A stretch of 64,000 nucleotides of DNA, taken from the NCBI RefSeq assembly GCF_009914755.1, contig NC_060926.1; one strand, 5' to 3'. Of this stretch, positions 1 to 14,182 are shown piece after piece (the first letter of the stretch is position 1; every line of letters starts with the position of its first letter). The notes under the pieces are model-generated. The model did no database searches, had not been told where the DNA came from, and worked only from the letters and a program-made list of their open reading frames with translations. A program made the translations under genes and the position numbers. The stretch comes from the human T2T-CHM13v2.0 reference genome, Homo sapiens.

Positions 1-77
1 TTACTTCAGCCCAGGAGGTCGAGGCTGCAGTGAGCCGAGATCTCACAACTGCCCATCAGCCTGGACAACAGAGCAGA

Positions 78-108
<31 letters not shown>
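1..108 (+). mobile_element. Alu (J-like) 3' end with (AAAAC)n tail
   Basis: ccaggaggtcgaggctgcagtgagccgaga plus A-rich tail. Confidence 0.85.
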
Positions 109-356
109 CCCTTTATGGAAAAAAGTTGGAAGCATAAATACATATAATAAACACAAGCATATATGTTTGAATTTTTTCTCTAATTGTGATAACACAAACA
201 TAAATCGTGAATCTGGAGATACACTTTTATCTTGATTATTTTCTAAATTTAAAGTTAATTTGGCTTGAGGGGGTGCAAAGATTTAAATTAGCATAATTTA
301 GAAAAAGCATAAATTGGAAAAATTAAAACACAAATTCCAACAATATTTGTACCGTT

Positions 357-362
357 TTTATT
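357..362 (-). terminator. Distal polyadenylation signal AATAAA
   Basis: tttatt on plus strand; on the minus strand it is followed by a GU/U-rich element (ttggaatttgtgttttaattttt, ~318-340). Confidence 0.75.
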
Positions 363-1547
363 TGTAAAAATAACCATCTGAATGCATTTCCATAGTATAT
401 TACAGTTAAGTACTTCATTACGTTATTAGAGCATTCAGTAGTTGCAAAAGTATTAAACTGTGCTTGAGAAGATTCAGATTGTTTCAGTCATTCACTGAAC
501 TAAAAGTCATTTTCCCCATTTTTACAGTCATGACATTTACCAGAGTCATTCAACTCCAATTTACATAAGAAAACATTATAGACAAAATCCCACTGAAATC
601 ATCAAACAATATTTTATGCTGTTACAAATATGTTATGCAAAATATAACACTGGCACCAGATTTGTATCATCGTGCTTTACAAAGATATATTGCACATGCT
701 AGAGCATAAAATATGTAGACAAAACTACCAAATAAAAGATATTTGCATTGAATTTTTAGATCACATAAGAAACGCATAGAATTACATTTTATACAAACAC
801 TCAGATTGTCACTATCTTAAAATGCTTTTCCCCTATAATACTGACCTATGGTTTATAGTTTCGTAAGACGAAAGCATTTTAGCACTGCAAAATCAAACAA
901 TTCCTATAGAAAACTTAAGCATTTTCATATTCATTTCAATGCAAGTACAAGGGGAAATAGGAAAAAAGACACTTTATACATTCAAAGAAAAGTTGAAATG
1001 AAAACTCACTGGTATCATATTGCTCTGATAACACTCAAATGAAAAAATACAAAACATTCCACAGAACATTTTCAGAATATACAAATATAAAAAGGCACTC
1101 TAACTTCATATTACAAGACAATAAAACGGATGAGTTCTTCAACCAACACAACATATAAGCACACCAAGTTGCTCAACAGTACAAAGAATAACTAGTGCAG
1201 CAAATCCATTTGATGTTCTTGTTCTAATTTAATAACAAAATGATAAACCAAGCAGTGTTTACTGCCTAAAGTACCAAAACATACTATGGTGCCCTTTTAG
1301 TAGTGATAAATAGAAATACCCTGAGCTATTTACTGTAGAATCATAGCAGATTTTAGGCAATTTGGAGATAGTAATGTATTTAGCAAAGACAGGCAGACAC
1401 TGGCAAATAAGTAAGTGCAATGAAACATGATCCTTGTAGTTGTGGTTAAAATACAGTCTAAAAATAACACAAATAAAAGCACTAAGCAACTAAGACTCAG
1501 TTAAAAACACATTTTTTTTTCTTAGAAAGCTATGGTGCAAACATAAT

Positions 1548-1553
1548 TTTATT
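1548..1553 (-). terminator. Candidate proximal poly(A) signal in the 3'UTR
   Basis: AATAAA on minus strand with a GU-rich stretch downstream (~1500-1511). Confidence 0.35.
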
Positions 1554-1631
1554 TCTAAGAGATGTAATTAAAATACAGAAATGATAGTTTTTAAAGTCAT
1601 TTCTTTAAAAAAATTTTGCCTTGGGGTATGG

Positions 1632-1667
1632 GAGAAAGAGAAAGAGAGGAAGAGAGAGAGAGAGAGA
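1632..1667. repeat. (GA)n-rich repeat in the 3'UTR
   Basis: gagaaagagaaagagaggaagagagagagagagaga. Confidence 0.9.
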
Positions 1668-3180
1668 TCAGTTGATGTAATGAACAGTTCATTGTGAGCA
1701 TGATTTCATTTCGTTCCTTTGTCCTCCTTCTATGAGTAAGAGAGTGGGAAAAGTCAAAACGCAGCTCCATGGAGATAACGTCTCATGGTGAGTCACTGCT
1801 TTGCTGAAATGATTCTTGTACTCTCTGCTACACGACAGGAAAAATGTTAACGCTGCTTTGCCATTAAAGCAAGCATTTCATTTCCTGCTTGAAATGCCAA
1901 CTGAGCAAGATTTCCATTCACTTCTAGAAAAAGACACCGCAGCATATTGTGCTTCTTCAACACTGAACCTCTCTTAATTTTCAGTGTTTTGGTAAAGATA
2001 AGGTCATTATTGCTCATTAGCAATTTATCTGCTTTTTAAAAATTCATCTTCTCTAAACAAACGAAAAGGACAGAAGGTGGGAAGCACAACACCAAGAATT
2101 CAAAAAAACAATGGTGGTGGTGTGGAAAATTTTCAGTGAAATCAATACCAGTTCAATAAATCCTTTGAACAAGTTCTCATTTGTGAAGAACCCAACAGGA
2201 GTTTTAATTAAATCCAGGATATTAAGAGTAAGATTAAAGTTTTATAGCTAGATGAAAAATATAATACAGTTATCTGTCTTTGATCCAGATATGATAGAAC
2301 ATTATTTTTGAAATATCTCACATACACTATAAAATAGCAATTTCCAGGGTGGAAATGGAACTCATTATAAAACGTCAGAGAGTACTGCTCTAATTCGACA
2401 CATTTCTTTTCTGTCTCTTCCTCAAGTAGAAAATAGCACTTGAGCTGGTGATTTTTATTTCTCCTTTTGGCACATGTGCCCACACACTGCCATCATTTCT
2501 CATCAGGTTACTGGGACTATGTGAGCTTTTCAGTGTACTTAGGGTAATTTCTAGATATTTCTTTGTGCTGCCTTTGTGTATATGATCCACTACACATCTG
2601 AGTTTTCATCTCGCAGAAGGGCATCCAGACTGCAATGTCTTCTAAGCTCTAAGCTGGCTACAGACTGTGGCTGAGCAGTAGAAGATGCGTAGCCCTCTCT
2701 AACCAACGCGGAAGAACCTGAGGGTCATCTGGAAACCTTAGCAGTGGAAATGCTAGGTTTGGCCCTTGGGCTTTTGGCTAGCCCAGGGTCAAGTGTTTTT
2801 TTTTTCACTTTTTTTTTGTTATTCTAAATAAGATACATAGCAATTAAAATAGAGAACAAATAATGGATGTTTCCTCACCATTTGTTTCATTTCAAATAAA
2901 TATAAACACATTTACAGCAAAAGTATATGGACATTTTCTCTAGTTTGGCAAAAAAAAAAAAAAAGGTCAACACATCATCAGTTACAAATGTTAAGTGGTC
3001 AACTAGAAATCTGTGTCCTAAGAAATATAAAATACAACAAAGACTGGTACACAGAAAGATTACATTTAACTCCATAAAAAAGCTACTTCAGTTCTCACTT
3101 GCATTTTGAAGGAAAAAAATGTGTATCTTCCATTTTAGACTGAAGCATTTTGGTCCTCATGTGTAGCTGGCTGATGAACT

Positions 3181-3211
<31 letters not shown>

Positions 3212-3248
3212 CACACGCACACATATATGTGTGCATGTGTATGTGCAT
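3181..3248. repeat. (CA)n(TA)n compound microsatellite in the 3'UTR
   Basis: Alternating purine-pyrimidine run; contains 18-bp palindrome gcacacatatatgtgtgc (3217-3234). Confidence 0.95.
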
Positions 3249-3263
3249 AATTTTTAAAGAGTC

Positions 3264-3322
3264 TCATTCTTCTTTTTGTACAGCGGTTCCAGGTGTGGAA
3301 CGGGGTCCATTTGACCTAGAAG
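3264..3322 (-). CDS. ANKRD44: ANKRD44 terminal coding segment (distal acceptor): (A)SRSNGPRSTPGTAVQKEE*
   Basis: gccaaag|CTTCTAGG, phase 1; TGA at 3264-3266; matches the C-terminus I recall for the reference human protein. Confidence 0.9.
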
Positions 3323-4352
3323 CTTTGGCAGAGGGAGCAGACACAGTATTCACTATGTTGATTTCATCATCAAGCAACTGGCAATCGGTTTTACATGCTA
3401 AATCACCCATTTCTACTTTCTGCTTTCACTTTTTTTGTTCCTTTTTGCAGTCACACTTTTCACTGACTTGGTATGACCTTGACTGAGAAGCTCATTTTAC
3501 TACTGATGAACAATGCTGATGATTCTGATGTTTTTTAAAAGTTAGTATTTTGATTTAAGAATAAATTAACAAAGGGTAGTTTCATACTATTTTTGCATAT
3601 TGTGTCAAAGTTTTGGTGCAATATAATTTTCACCTGAAATGTTATTAGATAAATTTGGGTTCAATCACTTAAGTGAAAATTAGTCACAGGCTTGTTATAG
3701 GGAACACTGTGTTAAACAAAAAAAGCAAGTTCAATTTTTCAATTCATCTGGCAACTTTAACAGAGATCCTCAGAAAGAAGTTCTGGATATTCAAATGCTT
3801 ACTATAGAGAGGATATAAATAGTTGGACTCTCTAAAAAGATTATTACAGGCATTATTTCTGAAGATGGACACCTTTACCTTTGGCTTCTAGTGAGGAAGT
3901 AAACATCAAAGTGAGAAGAAGTTTGAGGCATTTCCTATCTGCCTCTTCCCTTCCCTCCCAGGGGACATGAATGTCACACTGATATACTTCTGAGAACTCA
4001 CTGCTAAATACATGAAAAGAAAAATTATTCATAGCGAACAGCTGCCTCTCTGCTGCATTATCCCCAAAGAACAGGAATTAAATACATCTTTTATTCTTTA
4101 CTTAAAATGAGAGGTAGACTTTCACAGAAGTATCTTAGATTTAAAGAAAATGTGAAACAAAACAAAACTGGGGCCATCTGTGTGACTGTTCCACCCAACA
4201 GCCTCACTGCCCTCCCTCGATTAATTCCTTCTCTACTAGCTTCTGGAAGCCCAGGCCCCAAATAATACTTGAATACAACATAAACCTGGAATTCAAGCTT
4301 CTTTCCTTTCCTCCAACACAGGTGATCAAAGAAAAGCTTCTACAGTCCAAAG

Positions 4353-4600
4353 TCAAAACGTTTCCGAATCAGAATCATTTTCATTGTACCCATCCTCCGA
4401 GCCTACGTTGTTACTGCACAGGCTAACCATGCTACCCAGATTGGAGAGGGTCGTCCTGCTCAAATTGTCTTTTTTTAAACAAACGAAGTTGACAGCCATC
4501 ATTGTACTGGAAGGAGAAAAAGGCATCATGGTAGCCAAAATGAGGGCCAGGCAGTCAGCCACGTCTTTGTTAGGAGCGCAAGCCAGGGCCGGGGTATGAC
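4353..4600 (-). CDS. ANKRD44: ANKRD44 alternative terminal coding segment (proximal acceptor): [27 protein letters not shown]...[10 protein letters not shown]
   Basis: gcccag|GTCATACC, phase 1 matches the DEN(G) donor; 248 nt ending TGA at 4353-4355; G[HY][20 protein letters not shown] is the C-terminal motif I recall from paralogs ANKRD28/ANKRD52. Confidence 0.9.
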
Positions 4601-5261
4601 CTGGGCGTAAATGCAGACAAGGCAGTGGTTAGTCCTGGGGAGCCTAGAGGAGGCACGAGCATTCCACAGTACATCTCGGATGATCTCACAGGCGGAGATG
4701 TATGTTGAGTTAGAAATCATGCCAGGTAAAACGAGGAGTTACTTCTCACAAGTCATGCTAGGGGTGAGGCTAGAGGGGGAGGGAGGGGGAGACATTTTAT
4801 GGAGGGCTTTTTATTTTTGTTTTCAGCTCATATGACTATGACAAGCACAATATCATCCAAAGTTAGGCAGGATTCCAGCCTTCATTTAGTGAACACAAAC
4901 ACAAGGGGGTGGGTGTGGGACACAATTCCACAATAAACAGCAACAGGACAATCAGGAGGATGTTTCCGCCTGAGAGCACACACACACCATGAGCCTCAGG
5001 CCTGGGCCTGAGAAGGACTCTCATTCTGAGAACAATGACTTTCCATTGTTAGGTAATTGTGTGTCCAATTAGAAAAGATATTGAAAATTAGATGACTGCA
5101 AAAGTGAGTAATGAAGTTTTGTCACTTTATATATGCTTCATAGAAAATAGACACCAATAACTGGTTTTAGAAAAATGGAATCATTTCAGTAGATCAGAGA
5201 CAGGAAAGCACAGGTTGTTTGTGATTAAAAATGTACAATCATTTAGGAGAAATTTAACAAA

Positions 5262-5741
<480 letters not shown>

Positions 5742-7254
5742 TAGATTAAGTCTTTGACTTGATTATTTCCTTATCCAACCTTTATCCTACTGGCCTGAAA
5801 AGGGTTAGCTGCCTTCTCAGCTGGCCAAAGTTTCCACTACACAGTGAGTAGGGCACTTGCTCAGTAATTCAGAGGAATGGCTCAATGAAACTTAACGTTT
5901 TGTTGTTTTGTTTATCATCACTCGACCTGCTCTCCCCACCCTGCCCTTTAGGACATCATTCCTTTTTCTGGTATGAAAACAAATAAGAATGAACAGGTAG
6001 TTTAACATTCCATTTCATGAAAGTCAGTGATGAGTAAAGGAATTATGGTTGTACTGCTATATAAAATTGCCCCAAACGTTCCCAGGCCTTTGGGATGCAG
6101 GTGCGCACCAACCCAGGGCTCTTGTTCCTAAGGTCACTATCAGCTGAACAAACCTTCAATGCAGCAGATTTACACCAGGAAAAGCAAAACTAATTTATTC
6201 TATTCTCTTTGACCATTTTGGAGAAAAACTGTGGGCCTCTGCAGGCCAACCCTAAGTCTACAGTAGTGTTAAGAGGGTGAGGGAAGGTGAGGCGGGAAAA
6301 CCAAGGAAATGGAGTAATAGGGAACTTTCTGCACTTCCTAGATGAGTCAGGTGGGGGACACAGCAGGGTACATGCTAGGATACATGGGGCTGCAAAATCA
6401 AAACTAATAAGAGTTAGCTAATGATAATCAGTATGGCTGCTTACTTCTGAGAAATAGGCATGAGCTGCTAATTCCAATACCTGTAATAAGCAGTTAATTG
6501 AGTTACATTAATACATTATAATACTTTAATTAAATGCCACATTTTAAAAATTACATAATTCATAAACATCCAGAAGTTCCTTTTTTGCTCCCCAAGGTTA
6601 ATAGGCATTGTGCTTAAAATGGCAGTTTAGTACAATTCTAGTAGCCATTCCTTTCAAAATTTCTTAGGAAGCAGAGTAGAAAGCTTCTGTTAAGAATTAG
6701 TTCATTAGGAAAGGAACATTAATACAGATCAGGGGAAGCTTCAAGCCTAGACGTTAATTAAGAAATTTTACTCTTGTTCCTCACATTTCCATACTGGGAA
6801 TATGAGTTCTGATCTGTACTTAAAGAAAAAAAAAGTTTGATCTCAGAATGAACTTAAATACAATCAAAGATCCAGGTTTTTATTTGAGCCCTTGAGCATG
6901 CATTAATGACATGTGTAGTCCCTAACTCTTCAGCATTTGCAGTTAAAATTTTGAGTGTCAACTTGAAACTCTTAGTGTGTCTAAGATATTTTAACCACTG
7001 TGCTGAGGAGTTAGAGACCAGCTGCTGGCATTACATGCAAAATGGACAGCACTGGGTGGCCTACAGGTAGACTATGCGATTTACAAAAAGACAGACAGGA
7101 CAAGTTATCCTTGCTTGATTTCTCACACACAGGACTTCCAAGGGGGACAGAATTCTTAAGTGCCTTTTATACTAGCTCCTATCTTTCTCATTTCCTCTGG
7201 CTTCAACTAGCTTATGGAAGGTACCTGCAGTCGCTGTTGACTTTTTCCACTTAC

Positions 7255-7346
7255 CATTTTCATCTACAGCAAGTACACAGGCCCCTTTGGCCAGCAACTC
7301 CTCAACTACCACCTTTAAGCCATTGCGCGCAGCGACGTGGAGGGGT
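7255..7346 (-). CDS. ANKRD44: ANKRD44 penultimate coding exon (about 27): PLHVAARNGLKVVVEELLAKGACVLAVDEN
   Basis: ttttag|ACCCCT...AAATG|gtaagt; 92 nt, phase 2/1; last full ankyrin repeat. Confidence 0.97.
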
Positions 7347-7852
7347 CTAAAAAACACAAGACCGAGCATCAGTTGTGATACATATTTGGGTGAGAATGTG
7401 GAATTTTTGTTAGCCCATGTCACTAAAAGGAAGAAGTACTTAGACTCTACAAATAGTACATGGATGTTTTTACTTAAGAAAAAAAAATGCTGACCAGATC
7501 TTTTCCAGGTGCTAATGGTCCAACTGTTGTTGTATGTTTGGCCCAGATCTTGCTGCAGATATTACAAATATTCTGCATCTCAAACAATCTCAATGACAGT
7601 AAATACGAAGACAGAGGAAGAACTCAAGCTTTGTTGTGTTTTGCAGAAGGCCCTTTACTGCTTGATTTCTAACACAGCATTTGAATCACTGTTTCACACA
7701 GTTCAACAATATGACTGGCATTAATATCAGTCATATATATGTATAATTTCAAACTTCCTTGTTACTACTAAATGCACACAGATGTTTTACTGAATTTATA
7801 ATACCTTAAAGAATTATGTCAAACTCAGTATATTGTGCTATATACTGCTTAA

Positions 7853-8493
<641 letters not shown>

Positions 8494-9050
8494 TTAAGAA
8501 TCTTAAATGAAAAAAATTCCTTTGCCTTTAAAACAAATGCATAAATAATTTCCTAAAGCGGAAAATGAAACAGCTTTTAGATCTTTCACACCAAGGGTTA
8601 CACTGAATTATATTAAAATATAATCAAGACAAATAGCTTAGAAACTCTTCAAATGTATTCTGGGAACCTGATTTGCAAAACTGTCATTTTCCAGTCAGAA
8701 TACATAATGCTAATACATAATACAAATAGTTTCCCCAAATATGTCAGTCCATAAAATTTTTCTAACAGCCCACTAAATTTATAATATTACCCCAGAAATA
8801 TCAGCAAAGAAAAACAGAGACTTCACAAAATTAAATGAAGACATATCAAAAGAAGGATTCTAACTAAAACTGCCCAGCTTGGTCAGCACTTGTAGGTATG
8901 TGACTGTCACCTTCATGCAGGGGAAGCCAGGACTGCATCTTTCACCACTGTGCTCCCCAGAGCTAGTCTGGCACACAGCAGGCTCTTAATACTTATTGAA
9001 TAAATGACTATGACCCTGGGTTCAAGTCCAACTTTAGTAGTTACACTTAC

Positions 9051-9133
9051 GTCTGCAGTGCATTATTTTTTTCATTAATAAGGCTCTCGTCTTGTATCTT
9101 GTCAAGTATTAACAAGGCACATTTTTCATGACC
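9051..9133 (-). CDS. ANKRD44: ANKRD44 coding exon (about 26): GHEKCALLILDKIQDESLINEKNNALQ(T)
   Basis: tattag|GGTCAT...CAGAC|gtaagt; 83 nt, phase 0/2. Confidence 0.96.
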
Positions 9134-9782
9134 CTAATAAAGAAAAAGAATGATAAGAAATGCAAGATAGAGACACAGAAAAGTTACTGAGAAATTTCTT
9201 CATTATGATTTAAATTGAAAATGAATGTCGTCTGCCTAAGAACATTCTATAGGGCTATTTTCTGAGTAATTTTTTTTCTTCTCAACAACAAATGGGCTCC
9301 AGACACTCTAAGAGTCCTAATAAGGTCTATTAGAACTTGGTTAACATAAGTCTGATCTAAAATATTAATACTGCTAAGATAAATTTTAAAATTAATCCCC
9401 AGAGAGGTAAAGCAGATGCTAGTTCAGCTAGGTCAGCTGGTAACTAGGGAATAGAAATAGGAATACTGTCTGAATCCTATAACATTTAGCATACATCAAA
9501 AGTCCCACCTCCTATTTCAAGACGTCAGTTACTACTTCAATTATCCATTTATCCTTGGAATTCCCATTACATCTATTATCTATATCATTCATCATCATTA
9601 ATTGCCTTATATTGTGAAGAAACCCTATTTCAGGAAAACTCATTGTTTTCTTCTTCAATCAGTGGAAGATATCTCTGTACCTTATGAAGATAGATGGTTA
9701 ATAATTTTTGAAAATCAACTGATGAGTCAGAGACTCTTACAATTTCAGGCCTGGTACCCTTTTAAGGGGTTATGGCTTCCTA

Positions 9783-9950
9783 AGCCCTTGCTAATCAACA
9801 TGTGGCGTGCAGACCAGTCACATTAGTATTACTGGGAGTTAGAACTGCTGAATCTCAAGCTCTGCCCCAGACCTAATATATCAGAATCTGTTTTTTTCAC
9901 AGAACTCCCAGGTGATTCGTTTGCATGATAAAGTTTGAAAAGCATTGCAC
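9783..9950. mobile_element. MER5A-like hAT DNA transposon fossil
   Basis: ccccagaccta...tcagaatctg...cccaggtgattc...aaagtttgaaaagcattgc. Confidence 0.7.
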
Positions 9951-10294
9951 TTATATTCACCAAAATACTATACCTTGAAATAAACTTCATAAGGCTGAGC
10001 ACTTTTTGTGGTTCCCATGGGCTTCCCAGAGCATGAAGTGAGAAAATGTAAGCAATGAAAGGAATGGCTGAGACTACTGGTACCATATAGGTAACACTGA
10101 TAATATTTTAACTACATTGAAATAAATCACCGCCATGGGTGCCAACTGGCTTCATACTATAATGCCTTGTATGGGAGACCCTTAAATATAATTTTAGAAA
10201 TGTCCATGGAGGTTTCATTCTGAGGCACTGCTGTTGGAAGGTAAACTGTTGTGACCTCGTAAGAGGGCAAGTTGGTCTAAAAATATTTATATCT

Positions 10295-10607
<313 letters not shown>

Positions 10608-10699
10608 TTAGACTCAATAATTCCACACTTAGGAATTTATCTTAAAGTAATGAGTAAGGATGTTTATAAAAGATTCCTCTGCAATAAGCATTATTTATA

Positions 10700-10897
10700 C
10701 AGGTTGAGCATCCCAAATTCGAAAATCTGAAATAAAAAATGCTACAAAATCCAAAACTTTTTGAATATTGACATAACACTCAGATTTTTGGATTTGGGAT
10801 AATCAACATGTATAATACAAATATTCCAAAATCCAAAAAATCCTAAATCTGAAACACTTCTAGTTCCAGGAATTTCAGGTAAGAGATACTGAACTTG
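10700..10897. mobile_element. Tigger4/MER46-like MITE
   Basis: Terminal inverted repeats caggttgagcatccc ... agatactgaacttg, flanked by TA. Confidence 0.8.
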
Positions 10898-11067
10898 TAC
10901 TAACATATAACTGAAAACAAGTTATTTGTCTAATAATAGGAGATGGGTTGAATAAAAGATGGCCCATTCCTAAGCTGAAATACTACATATCTTCTAAAAT
11001 ACCATAAAACATGATGTTTAAAAGATATTAATATTATACGATTCAGCAACATAACGAAGTTTTGTAA

Positions 11068-11454
<387 letters not shown>

Positions 11455-11560
11455 TGAGCAACATGTGAACACACCACTATTTGAAAAAAAAAAATCACAT
11501 TTTTTGCATTGAACTGTACACCAGAAAAAAGGGGGAAGGGTAGAAATACACATATATCTA

Positions 11561-11566
11561 TTTATT
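11561..11566 (-). terminator. Candidate intronic poly(A) signal for the ...LACSK-VCK* isoform
   Basis: AATAAA on minus strand ~435 nt after the read-through TGA (12001-12003), followed by a U/C-rich downstream element. Confidence 0.5.
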
Positions 11567-12012
11567 TGCTTCACAGTAGAGTATTTTTTGGCTGTGTTAC
11601 TACAATGTCTTCAAATGGAACAAAATGAAAACAAGTAAAACTGCTTATACTTTACAAGCCACATAACTAAGGTCCTCACTTTTATGTGGTACCAAAATGT
11701 GGTACAACAACCAGAGAGACAGATACGATGGCAGCATCAAGACAGACAGACTACAGCAAGAATGCAAGTGGCAAATGCCATGAAAAGCATGTCCTCAGCA
11801 TTTGTGTTGATGAAGATATGCTTCTTCAACACGAATGCATTGTTGGGTCTGTCCCTTCCTTCTCATCCTTCCACTTTCAGTTGACAAGACCCTGGGAAAA
11901 TGTACATCTTAATTAAGAGCCATGCTACACAGTTCCGAGGTAGAATTTCAGTGTTATTATTACTGTTATTATTATAACGTGAAGTAATAATATTTTAAAT
12001 TCATTTACATAC

Positions 12013-12095
12013 TTTACTACAAGCCAAATGTAAGGGTGTATTCAAGTCCTTATCCTTTACAGTCAGATCAGCCTGGGCACTGTTCACCAAAATAT
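12013..12095 (-). CDS. ANKRD44: ANKRD44 coding exon (about 25): (D)ILVNSAQADLTVKDKDLNTPLHLACSK
   Basis: ctacag|ATATTT...AGTAAA|gtatgt; 83 nt, phase 1/0. Confidence 0.96.
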
Positions 12096-12582
12096 CTGTA
12101 GAAAAAGCCCAAAAGAGGGTTACTTAGATGAGATGCTAATTACATGCATTTTGAAGAAGTTACTATAAACACAATAACATATTTAAATTAGTACAGTTCA
12201 CATAATCATATTTAATGTATTTAAAGAAAAAAGGGAGTAATTTATTCTCATATCTGTGCTATCCAAATCCAAGGTTAATAGGCACTAATTTTAACTGCTT
12301 TTACAGTTCATTATTCCCAGTTAAAATGATTCTGTTGTTACACTTGGTTTCTAAATGTTGATAATTTCATTGCAGAAGGGTTAGCTCTTTGACAAGGTCC
12401 ACCAAGAATCAAAAAACAGGGAACTGAAAGACGCTTGAGCAGGTAGAATCAGGTGACTTAAGTAAAACTGCTAATGGCCCTTTTCCACGTGTATATACTA
12501 TGAGAACAACTGATTTCTTGATTTGACATTATTTTGGTTTTTGCATGGGCATAAGGGCAAAGTCCATACAACAAGCACATAC

Positions 12583-12728
12583 CCACAGCGCCTGCCTGCC
12601 CATTCTCAGCAGCCATCATCAGTGCTGTTTTCCCTGAATTATCTACTGCGTTCACTGGAGCACTGTGTCTCAGAAGAAGCTGCAAGCACTCCACATGATC
12701 AGCAAATGCTGCCGCATGAAGGGGTGTC
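12583..12728 (-). CDS. ANKRD44: ANKRD44 coding exon (about 24): [48 protein letters not shown]
   Basis: ctttag|GACACC...GCTGTGG|gtatgt; 146 nt; ankyrin repeats. Confidence 0.97.
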
Positions 12729-13198
12729 CTAAAGATTTAAAACAAGTATCACTTTAGTTTCCTTTAAACTTTATTCTCGCTAGTTACTGCCCAAGAAACA
12801 TGTACAAGGTGTTGTCTTAAGGATTTAAAACTTCTCAGTTTATAGACATAGTGATCAGGTCCCCTCCCTCTAAAGGTCATCCAGGATAGACACTGAAATA
12901 TCACCTATGGGACTGGAACCCCCTAGATTTGGGAGGGGGGTGTGTGTTGGCCCTGATAATGAAATTAGTGTCTTTACTGACTCTTTAATCTTAAGTTCCA
13001 GTGAGTCTACTTTTATCTTTGAGATAGATACTTTAAAAATTAATGCTTAAGTCTGTAGATAATTGGCAGATTAAATAAAAATTTTAAAAACCCGTCACAT
13101 CATCTATTTTGGTTGCTTAATTTCTTTTAGAGGATAATTTGGCATTATTTATCAAAATTTAAAAATATCAACCCTTTAACCAAGAAATCCACTTCTAG

Positions 13199-13574
<376 letters not shown>

Positions 13575-14098
13575 GACACACATATGAGAATGTTCACCAC
13601 ACCACACTTTGAAACAGCAAAATATTGGAAACAATCTAAATGTTCTTCAATAGAGGGCAGGATGAGCAAATTATAGCATATCCATTCAATGAAATAATAT
13701 GTAGCTTCAAAAAGAATATGGTAAATCTGTATGTTTTGGTATGGAAGGATCTCCAAGATATACTAAAAGCAGAGCATTGTTACAGAATGCTACCATGTGC
13801 AAAAAAGAATATATGGATATATACATATATGTGTATATATGTTTGTAGATATGCATAAAAATATTTAGGAGAAAATAAAATTTGTAAATAACAGTGTATA
13901 GTAGCTTTCTCTGTGGAAGAGGCTAGGGATTCTAGGCTTAGAGGGAAATTTCTTTTAATTATACACCCTCTGTAATATTAAAAACCATGCTTATCCATTA
14001 TTCTTTCAATTAAAAACATAGATGTTTGGCTACTCTGCAACTGCAAAGCAGAGGGTAAGATTCATCAAGAAAAAAGCATGCTGTTTTAGATTACTTAC

Positions 14099-14182
14099 CT
14101 GCCTTTGTCATCTCTACAACTGACGATACTGGAATCTATGGCCCCAAGCAGCAATGATGCACAATTCCCATGATCATTGATT
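14099..14182 (-). CDS. ANKRD44: ANKRD44 coding exon (about 23): INDHGNCASLLLGAIDSSIVSCRDDKG(R)
   Basis: ttttag|AATCAAT...GGCAG|gtaagt; 84 nt, phase 2/2. Confidence 0.96.

Larger units (their letters stand above)
340..3263 (-). other. ANKRD44: ANKRD44 3'UTR (~2.9 kb; distal end approximate)
   Basis: AU-rich, Alu-free stretch after the stop codon, ending shortly after an AATAAA. Confidence 0.8.

Noticed and set aside
4384-4835. Plus-strand ORFs opposite the alternative terminal exon (similar ones at 3229, 15217, 21457, 27202)
   Set aside because: They are antisense shadows of ANKRD44 exons.
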